From Candidatus Parcubacteria bacterium (lineage in GTDB: Bacteria; Patescibacteriota; Patescibacteriia; Patescibacteriales; UBA12075), in contig JAGLYP010000026.1 in assembly GCA_023132155.1 (NCBI GenBank), positions 1,741-65,740 of the forward strand: a stretch of DNA of 64,000 nucleotides, read 5' to 3'. The notes beneath the pieces are model-generated. The model was not told where the DNA came from and did no database searches. It saw only the letters and a program-made list of their open reading frames with translations. Shown here in pieces: positions 44,370 to 52,604 of this stretch (position 1 is the stretch's first letter; every line of letters starts with the position of its first letter). Both the position numbers and the translations under genes were made by a program.

Positions 44370-47207
44370 ATGAGTTTTTTAGATAAAATATTTGGTGATC
44401 CAAATGAAAAAGCAGTAAAAAATTTAAATCCGATTGTTGATGAGATTAATTCTCTGGAAAAAAGATTTGAAAAGATGAGCGATGATGAGTTAAAGGCAAT
44501 GACTCTTGATTTTAAGGATCGTTTGGAAAAAAGCGAGAACGCGGATGAGGCGCTTGATGAAATATTACCCGAGGCTTTCGCTGTTGTCAGGGAGGCAAGC
44601 AAGCGGATTTTAGGAATGCGCCATTTTGACGTACAATTAATCGGCGGCATAATTTTGCATCGAGGCAAGATTGCCGAGATGAAAACCGGTGAAGGTAAAA
44701 CCTTGACCGCGACTCTTCCTCTTTATTTAAACGCTTTAACCGGCAAAGGCGCGCAGTTGATTACCGTAAATGATTATTTGTCGCAAGTTGGCGCCGGTTG
44801 GATGGCAAAAGTGTATTATTCCCTCGGAGTTAGTGTCGGCGTAATTATTCATGATGCCGCGCTTGTGTATGATCCCGAATTTAGCGATGAGTCGCAATAT
44901 GATGAAAGGCTTAAGCATTTTCGTAAAATTGAGCGTAAAGAGGCTTATAATTGCGACATTGTTTATGGAACAAATAATGAATTCGGTTTTGATTATTTAA
45001 GGGATAATATGGCGCAAAATTTAAGCGATCAAGCGCAAAGAGATTTGAATTACGTTATTGTTGATGAGATTGATTCTATTTTAATTGATGAAGCGCGCAC
45101 GCCTTTGATTATCAGCGCCCCGGCGGAAGAATCAACCGACAGGTATTATAAATTCGCGCAATTAGTGGGAAGACTTAAAGAAAATGAGGATTATAATGTT
45201 GATGAAAAAATGAAAGCAGCGACTTTGACTGAGAGCGGAATAACACGTATGGAAAAGTGGCTTGGAGTGGATAATATTTATACAACCGGCGGCATTCGCG
45301 AAGTGCATCATATTGAGCAGGCGCTAAAGGCGCATACGCTTTTTAAAAAAGACAGGGATTATGTGGTACAAGAAGGCGAGGTGATAATTGTTGATGAATT
45401 TACGGGGCGCTTAATGCACGGCCGCAGGTATAGCGAGGGCTTGCATCAGGCGATTGAAGCCAAAGAAGGCGTAAAGATTCAGCGCGAATCACAGACTTTG
45501 GCGACAATTACTTTTCAAAATTATTTTCGCATGTATAAAAAATTGTCCGGTATGACCGGTACGGCCGCCACCGAAGCGGAAGAATTTTCAAAAATTTATA
45601 AATTAGATACGGTAATTATCCCAACGCATAAGCCCAATATACGCGACAATAAAAACGATTTGATTTATCGTTCTGAAGAAGGCAAATATAAAGCCGTTAT
45701 TGATGACGTAAAAAAGCGCTCAGAGCTTGGGCAGCCGATTTTGGTGGGTACGATTTCAATTCAAAAAAATGAACTTTTGTCTTCAATGATGGAGCGCAAG
45801 GGTTTGAAGCCGAATATTTTGAATGCGAAAAACCATGAAAAAGAAGCTCGTTTTATTGCCGAGGCCGGCGAGCCGGGAGCGATTACAATTGCCACTAATA
45901 TGGCGGGCAGGGGAGTTGATATTGTTCTTGGCGGCGTAGAACCTGCAAAGAATACACCTGAATATGAAGCATGGCAAAAAGAACATGAGAAAGTGATAAA
46001 AGCTGGGGGCTTGCATGTGATTGGTACGGAGCGGCATGAATCGCGCCGGATAGATAATCAATTAAGGGGGCGCGCCGGACGGCAGGGCGATGCCGGTTCC
46101 TCGCGGTTTTATGTTTCCATGGAGGATGATTTGATGAGGATATTCGGCGGGGATCGTATGAAGAATATTATGACCACTTTGAATGTTCCCGAGGATATGC
46201 CGATTGAGAACCGCTTGATTTCCCGTTCAATAGAATCGGCGCAGAAAAAAGTGGAAGGCAATAATTTTGATATCAGAAAGCATTTGGTTGAATATGATGA
46301 TGTAATTAATAAGCACAGAGAGTCAATATATGGCAAAAGAAAACGGATTTTGAAAATCGCGGAAAATAAAGAAGAAGAGATAATAAAAAATTCAGATTCA
46401 GATATTCAAAACAACAAAAAACAATATAATTCTCTTTCGGAAATTATTTTGGAAAATATAGAGGGCGAAATTGAGCAGGTAGTAAGTTTTCATACTGCCG
46501 CGGAGTATATTAAAGATTGGAATTTAGATGAAATTTCGCAGGTTGTATCAACTATTTTTCCTGTAGAAGAAAACTTAAAAGGCGATATTAGCAAATTTAT
46601 TGAAAATAATAACAAACTTGATAAAGTAAAAGCGCGTACGGCAATGATTGAACATTTGACTGCGATGGCCGAAAAGAAATATAAAGAAATGGCGGATGTG
46701 GCAAAAGAATTGAATATTGATTGGGTGAGATTGGAAAAATCGGTTTTGATTCGTTCAATTGATACGCTTTGGGTTGAGCATCTGGAGGCAATGGCAAGCG
46801 TTCGGCAAGGAATCGGCCTTAGGGGCTATGGCCAGCGCGATCCATTGGTAGAGTACAAAAAAGAGGCTTATCGCCTTTATAATGAGCTTAATAATTTAAT
46901 TAACAAGGAAACAGTTTATTCCATATATAAAGTCGGCAATGCCCAGCAAGAGGCGATTGTTCGCCAATTTAACGCGCCAAGTCTTATTGATTTGGCAAAA
47001 AATTTCAGCGCTCCGGCAAAAACGGCTGGCGGCAGCACGTCTTCTTTTTCCGGATTCGGCTCAGGTGACAATAAAAACAATGGCAGCGCAAGCGTTTTTT
47101 CCGAGCCGCAGGCAAAAGCCAGAGATGAAAGCGGAAAAAAAGTCGGCCGTAACGATCCTTGTCCGTGCGGAAGCGGGAAGAAGTATAAGAAGTGCTGCGG
47201 GGCATAA
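44370..47207 (+). CDS. secA: preprotein translocase ATPase SecA
   Basis: '[35 protein letters not shown]', DEAD-like '[21 protein letters not shown]', and a C-terminal Zn motif '[16 protein letters not shown]'. Confidence 0.97.
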   Translation: MSFLDKIFGDPNEKAVKNLNPIVDEINSLEKRFEKMSDDELKAMTLDFKDRLEKSENADEALDEILPEAFAVVREASKRILGMRHFDVQLIGGIILHRGKIAEMKTGEGKTLTATLPLYLNALTGKGAQLITVNDYLSQVGAGWMAKVYYSLGVSVGVIIHDAALVYDPEFSDESQYDERLKHFRKIERKEAYNCDIVYGTNNEFGFDYLRDNMAQNLSDQAQRDLNYVIVDEIDSILIDEARTPLIISAPAEESTDRYYKFAQLVGRLKENEDYNVDEKMKAATLTESGITRMEKWLGVDNIYTTGGIREVHHIEQALKAHTLFKKDRDYVVQEGEVIIVDEFTGRLMHGRRYSEGLHQAIEAKEGVKIQRESQTLATITFQNYFRMYKKLSGMTGTAATEAEEFSKIYKLDTVIIPTHKPNIRDNKNDLIYRSEEGKYKAVIDDVKKRSELGQPILVGTISIQKNELLSSMMERKGLKPNILNAKNHEKEARFIAEAGEPGAITIATNMAGRGVDIVLGGVEPAKNTPEYEAWQKEHEKVIKAGGLHVIGTERHESRRIDNQLRGRAGRQGDAGSSRFYVSMEDDLMRIFGGDRMKNIMTTLNVPEDMPIENRLISRSIESAQKKVEGNNFDIRKHLVEYDDVINKHRESIYGKRKRILKIAENKEEEIIKNSDSDIQNNKKQYNSLSEIILENIEGEIEQVVSFHTAAEYIKDWNLDEISQVVSTIFPVEENLKGDISKFIENNNKLDKVKARTAMIEHLTAMAEKKYKEMADVAKELNIDWVRLEKSVLIRSIDTLWVEHLEAMASVRQGIGLRGYGQRDPLVEYKKEAYRLYNELNNLINKETVYSIYKVGNAQQEAIVRQFNAPSLIDLAKNFSAPAKTAGGSTSSFSGFGSGDNKNNGSASVFSEPQAKARDESGKKVGRNDPCPCGSGKKYKKCCGA

Positions 47208-47268
47208 TAAGGACATTCTGTCAATATTGCAATTTATTTAATATTAGTTTAAAATAATCATAGTTATT

Positions 47269-47301
47269 AATAATACCTAAGTTGTAGGTATTATTGTTTT
47301 T
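47269..47301 (+). terminator. rho-independent terminator after secA
   Basis: AATAATACCTA-AGTTG-TAGGTATTATT followed by GTTTTTA. Confidence 0.7.
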
Positions 47302-47325
47302 ATTAAATTATTTAATGTTTATTTT

Positions 47326-49404
47326 ATGGCTAGCTTAGCGGAAAAAATATTTAAACCATCTGCCAGAGGCAAAATCTGGCGCGTTTTTTTAGTTATTATT
47401 TTATTGGTTTTTATCGGCGGTCTTGTAGATGTTGGTAATTATTATAATAAAGGCACAGATTATATTGCTTGGAAAACCAATGGAACGATTAAGTTGCCAA
47501 AGACAAAGGAAATTCCTTTTCGTTTAGGGCTTGATCTACAAGGCGGCAGCCATCTTGTGTATGAAGCTGATATGTCGGAGATTCCAGATAGCGATAGATC
47601 CGGAGCGTTGGAGGGTGTAAGAGACGTAATTGAAAGAAGAGTTAATGTTTTCGGCGTAAGCGAACCATTAATACAAACCAGTCTTTCTGGCGGTAACTAC
47701 CGTATCATTGTGGAATTAGCCGGTATCAAGGACGTGGGTGAGGCAATCAAAATGATTGGAGAAACTCCTTTGCTTGAATTTAAAGAAGAGACCCAGGAAA
47801 TTAGAGAGCTAACCGAAGAAGAGCAAAAAACCATGGAAAAATATAATACAGAGGCGGATAAAAAAGCGGAAGATGTGTTTGGCAAGTTATTGTCAGGAGG
47901 AGATTTTGACGCTTTGGCCAAAGAATATAGCGACGATCAAAATACAAAAGAAACCGGCGGGGATTTGGGCTGGATAACGGAAAAAGAAGCGCCGCAAATT
48001 ATTGCCAAAATCAAGGATTTTGAAATTGGGCAAATAAGCGAGGATTTGGAAAAGGAAGAATTGGGTTATGATATTTTAAAATTGGAAGATAAGCGCTTGC
48101 GCGTTAATCCTTTTGATGAAAGCGAAGTGGAAAAAGAAGTTAAAGCTTCGCATCTATTGCTTTGCCACAATGAAGTTGAAAATTGCGAAAACGGTTTAAG
48201 CAAGGACGAGGCTTACGCGAAAATTAAAGAAATAAAAGCGCGAGCCACTCCTGAGAATTTTGCCGGTTTAATAAAAGAGCACTCAACCGAACCCGGAGCC
48301 GACACTCGCGCCGGAGATTTGGGCTGGTTTGCCAAGGGAGCGATGGTAAAGCCTTTTGAGGACACTGTTTTTGACCAAGAGACAGGAACAATTTCTTATG
48401 TTATTGAAACGCAGTTTGGTTATCATTTGATTTATAAACAAGCCGAAAGGGATATTTATGAGTATAAAATAAGGCGTTTGTTTATCCGTATTTTAACTGA
48501 ACGAGATATAATCGGCGATCAAAAAGAATGGAAATTAACGGAATTAACAGGAAAAAATTTAGAGCGCGCGGCGGTGCAATTTGACCCAAATGACAATAGT
48601 CCGATTGTCAGTTTGGAATTTGACAGCGAAGGCGCGGATTTGTTCGCGGACATTACCGAAAGGAATGTCGGCAAGCCCGTAGCGATATTTTTAGACGGCG
48701 AGCCGATAAGCACTCCGAATGTTAATGAAAAAATTACCGGCGGCAAAGCGGTTATATCCGGTAAATTTAATATCCAAGAAGCGAAATTATTAGCCCAAAG
48801 GCTTAACGCCGGCGCCTTGCCGGTTCCGATTGAACTTGTCGGCCAGCAGACAGTCGGAGCCAGCCTGGGCAAGATTTTTTTGGAATCAAGTTTGAAGGCC
48901 GGATTAATCGGATTAATATTGGTGGCGTTTTTTATGATTTTTTATTATCGTTTGCCTGGGATTTTCGCGGTTATATCATTGGCGATTTACGGTATATTGG
49001 TTTTGGCGATATTTAAGCTTTGGCCGGTAACATTGACCTTGTCAGGCATGGCCGGATTTATTCTTTCAATCGGCATGGCGGTTGACGCGAATGTCTTGAT
49101 TTTTGAGCGCTTAAAAGAAGAGCTTAAGTCGGGCCGACCTTTAATTTTGGCAATTGAAGATTCTTTTTTGCGCGCATGGCCGTCAATTCGCGATGGCAAT
49201 GTTTCCACTTTGGTTACTTGTCTTATTTTGATTTGGTTTTCAACCGGCGTGGTAAAAGGCTTTGCCATTACTTTGGGTCTGGGTATTTTAGTGTCAATGT
49301 TTTCGGCAATAGTGATTACCAGAAATTTATTGTGGCTTTTTAAGCCTGAGTGGCTGGAAAAAAGGATGTGGCTGATCAGTGGCGGGGTTAAAATTAAGAA
49401 TTAA
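47326..49404 (+). CDS. secD: protein translocase subunit SecD carrying an inserted tandem parvulin (PpiC-type PPIase)-like region
   Basis: SecD hallmarks are 'GLDLQGGSHLVYEAD', 'VIERRVNVFGVSEPLIQ' and 'LNAGALPVPIELVGQQTVGASLG', plus 6 C-terminal TM helices. Residues ~155-400 contain 'ASHLLL...GDLGWFAKGAMVKPFEDTVF....GTISYVIETQFGYHLIYK' and a second degenerate copy 'GGDLGWITEKE..'. Confidence 0.85.
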   Translation: MASLAEKIFKPSARGKIWRVFLVIILLVFIGGLVDVGNYYNKGTDYIAWKTNGTIKLPKTKEIPFRLGLDLQGGSHLVYEADMSEIPDSDRSGALEGVRDVIERRVNVFGVSEPLIQTSLSGGNYRIIVELAGIKDVGEAIKMIGETPLLEFKEETQEIRELTEEEQKTMEKYNTEADKKAEDVFGKLLSGGDFDALAKEYSDDQNTKETGGDLGWITEKEAPQIIAKIKDFEIGQISEDLEKEELGYDILKLEDKRLRVNPFDESEVEKEVKASHLLLCHNEVENCENGLSKDEAYAKIKEIKARATPENFAGLIKEHSTEPGADTRAGDLGWFAKGAMVKPFEDTVFDQETGTISYVIETQFGYHLIYKQAERDIYEYKIRRLFIRILTERDIIGDQKEWKLTELTGKNLERAAVQFDPNDNSPIVSLEFDSEGADLFADITERNVGKPVAIFLDGEPISTPNVNEKITGGKAVISGKFNIQEAKLLAQRLNAGALPVPIELVGQQTVGASLGKIFLESSLKAGLIGLILVAFFMIFYYRLPGIFAVISLAIYGILVLAIFKLWPVTLTLSGMAGFILSIGMAVDANVLIFERLKEELKSGRPLILAIEDSFLRAWPSIRDGNVSTLVTCLILIWFSTGVVKGFAITLGLGILVSMFSAIVITRNLLWLFKPEWLEKRMWLISGGVKIKN

Positions 49405-49424
49405 GAATTAAGAATTAATAATTC
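49390..49424 (+). repeat. heptamer array (AGAATTA x3 plus variants) spanning the secD stop
   Basis: AAAATTA AGAATTA AGAATTA AGAATTA ATAATTC. The last four secD codons and its stop ('KIKN*') lie inside the array. Confidence 0.8.
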
Positions 49425-49448
49425 AATAATTCTAATTATTTAAATTAT

Positions 49449-50384
49449 ATGATTAAGATTATTCAAAAAAGAAATATTTGGCTTAGTTTTTCAGGCGTTT
49501 TGGTTGCAGTTTCAATTATCGCACTTGCGGTTTTCGGTTTGAATCTTGGTATTGATTTTACAGGCGGCAGCCTTTTAGAGCTTAAATTTTTAAATGAAAG
49601 GCCTGCGGTAAACGATATTCAGCAGTCTGTGGCTGATTTGGAACTAGGCAGTTTGGTTGTTCAGCCTGTTGACGAGCAAAATGTTATTTTAAGATTTCAG
49701 GAGACAAGCGAGGAAAAACATCAGGAAGTTTTAAAAAGGCTTGATCAAATTGGAATGGAAACAGAAGCGGAAGAAGCGATTAAAGAAGAAACATCAGGCT
49801 TTAAAAACATTGAAGAACTTCGTTTTGATTCTGTGGGTCCGACAATCGGACAAGAGCTGAAAAGCAAATCAGTGTCAGCGGCTATTATCGTGTTAATTGC
49901 GATTGTTTTATATATTGCATGGATTTTTCGCAAAGTTTCCAAACCTGTTGAATCATGGAAATACGGAGTGTCAGCCATTATCGCGTTGTTTCATGATTTG
50001 ATTATAACTTTGGGCATATTTGCCTGTTTGGGGCATTATATGAATGTTGAATTAAATACAGCTTTTGTCGCGGCTATGCTTATGATTTTAGGCTATAGCG
50101 TTAATGACACAATCGTGGTTTTTGATCGGATTAGAGAAAATCTGCCAAAGAGCGAAGAGGATTTTGAAGGCACTGTCAACACAAGCGTTAACCAAACCAT
50201 CAAGCGATCTATCAATACTTCTTTTACCACTTTATTGGTTTTGCTATCTATTTTCTTTTTTGGCGGCGCCACAATCCGCGATTTTGTCCTGGCTTTGTCA
50301 TTCGGCGTATTAATCGGAACTTATTCTTCAATTTTTTTAGCAAGTCCGGTGTTGGTTTTGTGGGAGAGATTTGGGAGGAAGTAG
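49449..50384 (+). CDS. secF: protein translocase subunit SecF
   Basis: 'LNLGIDFTGGSLLELKF', 'GPTIGQEL', 'LFHDLIITLG' and 'GYSVNDTIVVFDRIRE'. Confidence 0.9.
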   Translation: MIKIIQKRNIWLSFSGVLVAVSIIALAVFGLNLGIDFTGGSLLELKFLNERPAVNDIQQSVADLELGSLVVQPVDEQNVILRFQETSEEKHQEVLKRLDQIGMETEAEEAIKEETSGFKNIEELRFDSVGPTIGQELKSKSVSAAIIVLIAIVLYIAWIFRKVSKPVESWKYGVSAIIALFHDLIITLGIFACLGHYMNVELNTAFVAAMLMILGYSVNDTIVVFDRIRENLPKSEEDFEGTVNTSVNQTIKRSINTSFTTLLVLLSIFFFGGATIRDFVLALSFGVLIGTYSSIFLASPVLVLWERFGRK

Positions 50385-50573
50385 AGGGGATTTATGATTT
50401 GATTTATGATATATTTTTATTTAAGATTAGCTAAAAGATATCAATACTATTTGACAGTATTTTAATAGTATGTTATTGTTGAAAATTAAACAATGGCGTT
50501 TAAGTATCTTGAAAACTAAATAAAAAAACAAGAAAAGAAAAATGACTTTTTAAATTGTATAAAGGAGGATGTA

Positions 50574-51083
50574 ATGAAAGTGAGAATTTTTGACCAAAAA
50601 AAGGCAACAGAAATAAGTTTAAAAGATTTTTTAGAAAATAAAAAAAATTGGAGCAAGGAGGCATTTCATTATTTTGATTTCGTTGATAAAAAATACGGTA
50701 ATTACAAGACGTTTTATTTTATTATTGCAAACAATTCGTTCTGCATAGGAACTGAGTCACTAAGTTCATCAAGTCATCTTAAGCTTTCTGAGAGTTTATA
50801 TAAGATAGACGGCAAGTCTAATGTCTATGGCGGCGGACATATAACGTTTTTGTTATCAGAAAAAAGTAGTAATTTAGTTGTTATTTCTGGTGCATCAGAT
50901 ACTTATAAAAGATGGTGGACAGGAGATGAAATGGCAGGATTTAAGGAAGATGAAAAATTAATAAGAGATTTGGCTGTTTTATTTTCTGCTTCTGTTTATT
51001 CTATGAGCGGACCAAATTATCTGGTTTTACAACGAAATGCCATGCTGGAAAGAGTAAGCATAGGAAAAATAGAGTGTTTATAA
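50574..51083 (+). CDS. hypothetical protein
   Basis: 169 aa with a strong SD (AAAGGAGGATGTAATG). No motif recognised. Confidence 0.45.
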   Translation: MKVRIFDQKKATEISLKDFLENKKNWSKEAFHYFDFVDKKYGNYKTFYFIIANNSFCIGTESLSSSSHLKLSESLYKIDGKSNVYGGGHITFLLSEKSSNLVVISGASDTYKRWWTGDEMAGFKEDEKLIRDLAVLFSASVYSMSGPNYLVLQRNAMLERVSIGKIECL

Positions 51084-51132
51084 AAATAAGAAATATAGAC
51101 ATCTAATTCTAACTCTTGTAAGGAGGTAAAAA

Positions 51133-51405
51133 ATGTATTTTCCAGACGATTTTAAGAGAAGATTGAAGGCGGTTTTTCCTGTAGAATATCATGGATATGT
51201 GGATGATGGCGTCTTTTCTGTAACTGAAGGTCAATTAGGCAAGGGGAGCAATTTCTCAATTAACGCGGAAACTATTGTTAAAGCACGTAAAGATGGTCGG
51301 GAAGAAGAGGACATTTTTAACCCGGCTCAAAATGCGGTTAAAATGCGCAAACTGAATAAAGAGTTGGGGCAGCTCTATAAAAAGCAATTTGGCATCTCAG
51401 ATTAA
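51133..51405 (+). CDS. hypothetical protein
   Basis: 90 aa with a strong SD (AAGGAGGTAAAAAATG). No motif recognised. Confidence 0.45.
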   Translation: MYFPDDFKRRLKAVFPVEYHGYVDDGVFSVTEGQLGKGSNFSINAETIVKARKDGREEEDIFNPAQNAVKMRKLNKELGQLYKKQFGISD

Positions 51406-51447
51406 GACGCAGAAACTAATTAAGAAATAACAAAAAAAATTATCCTT

Positions 51448-51478
51448 CGGCCAGTTTGCAAAAGCTGGTCGTTTTTTT
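51448..51478 (+). terminator. rho-independent terminator
   Basis: CGGCCAGTTT-GCAA-AAGCTGGTCG (10 bp with two G.U pairs) followed by TTTTTTT. Confidence 0.7.
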
Positions 51479-51523
51479 ATTATATGAACAAATAATACCT
51501 AAAATTTAAAATAAATTCAGCGC

Positions 51524-51675
51524 TTGACGTAAAGGCAAGGATAGTATAAATTATAAGCATGAATAAAATTATATCGCCAATTTACCCCCCGATCAATTTG
51601 GATGTTTAGTTTTAGCTTGGGGTTTTATTTTGGCGATAAAATGTTAAAACAATCCTAAGCGGGTTGTTTTTTTGT
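51524..51675 (+). promoter_or_regulatory. promoter plus structured leader with 16-codon Pro-containing ORF and intrinsic terminator (candidate attenuator of proB-proS)
   Basis: TTGACG, a 17-nt spacer, then TAAATT, giving a predicted +1 at 51559. The ATG at 51559 opens 'MNKIISPIYPPINLDV*'. Hairpin TATCGCCAA/TTGGCGATA plus ACCCC/GGGGT spans 51572-51638. Terminator AAAACAATCC-TAAGC-GGGTTGTTTT plus a T-run spans 51646-51675. The SD TAAGGAGGG and the proB ATG follow. Confidence 0.5.
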
Positions 51676-51703
51676 TATTTTAAAAAAATATAAGGAGGGA
51701 AAG

Positions 51704-52471
51704 ATGTCAAGAATTGTGATTAAAATCGGTTCAGCTGTGATTACGGACAATGGCAATGGTCTGGACGGTGATTTTATTGGCGAGATAGCCCATCAAGTTA
51801 ATGAATTAATTGTTGCCGGTCATGATGTTGTTATTGTAAGCTCAGGAGCGGTGGCCAGCGATCCTAAAAAAAACCGTTCGTGCAATTTAAGAGCGATGAT
51901 TGGTCAAGGAAAATTAATAGGCGAATACGCGCGCCAGTTTGCGAAATTTGAGTTGGAAGTGGCTCAGCTTTTAGTAAAGGATGAAGATTTTTTAAGGATA
52001 AAAAATGATTGCGGTTTGAATCAGCTTGAAATGAATTTGCTGGAGGGGTTTGAAGAAAAAATTGTTACGGTAATAAATTTTAATGATGGAACCAGCGACA
52101 GGGAAATGAAAATGCTGCCGCAATGCGCCGATAATGATGTTACAGCGAAAAACGTTTGCCTGTTGCCGGGAATTAATTTTGATTATTTGATTGTATTGGC
52201 AAATGTTCAGGGAGTAATGGATGAAAAAGGAGAATTAATCCCTTTAATAGATGGTAATAATTACGAGGAAGTTGTTAAAAATTTGAAAGGGGGAAGTCGG
52301 CAAGGTTTTAGCGAAAATGGCATAAAAGTAAAAGCCGAGTCATGCCGCGCGGTTGCAAGAACTGGCAGGGTTGCCATTGTTGCTCCGGGGCATGCTGAAG
52401 ATTGTGTTCTCCGCGCTTTTAATCGCTTGGAAAGTAAAAGTTGGCTGGATTTTGGCACATTTTTCATTTGA
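51704..52471 (+). CDS. proB: glutamate 5-kinase (amino-acid kinase domain only, no PUA domain)
   Basis: Alignable by eye to E. coli ProB: 'IVIKIGSAVIT' against 'VVKLGTSVLT'; 'AGHDVVIVSSGAVAS' against 'AGHRIVIVTSGAIAA'; 'VINFNDG' against 'VINENDA'; 'ADNDVTA' against 'GDNDNLS'. 255 aa. Confidence 0.7.
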   Translation: MSRIVIKIGSAVITDNGNGLDGDFIGEIAHQVNELIVAGHDVVIVSSGAVASDPKKNRSCNLRAMIGQGKLIGEYARQFAKFELEVAQLLVKDEDFLRIKNDCGLNQLEMNLLEGFEEKIVTVINFNDGTSDREMKMLPQCADNDVTAKNVCLLPGINFDYLIVLANVQGVMDEKGELIPLIDGNNYEEVVKNLKGGSRQGFSENGIKVKAESCRAVARTGRVAIVAPGHAEDCVLRAFNRLESKSWLDFGTFFI

Positions 52472-52604
52472 CAAAATATCCTGTTTATTGTTATAACTAT
52501 GGCAGTAAACAGGATAAATTTTTTTGACAAAACATATACAAATAATGTATTATATAGATTAGATAATTATTTAAGTGTTCAAAAAATTTGCACAGCTATT
52601 TTTT

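Noticed and set aside
46916-47241. Overlapping ORFs at the secA 3' end (46939-47241 +, 46916-47224 -, 47005-47205 -)
   Set aside because: The SecA frame carries the canonical C-terminal Zn-finger [14 protein letters not shown]. The alternative frames are by-products of the G/S/K-rich tail.
17766-49424. Possibility that the short tandem arrays are CRISPR arrays
   Set aside because: The units are 7 nt with no spacers, each array is only 28-56 nt long, and no cas genes are present. These are micro- or minisatellite-type repeats.
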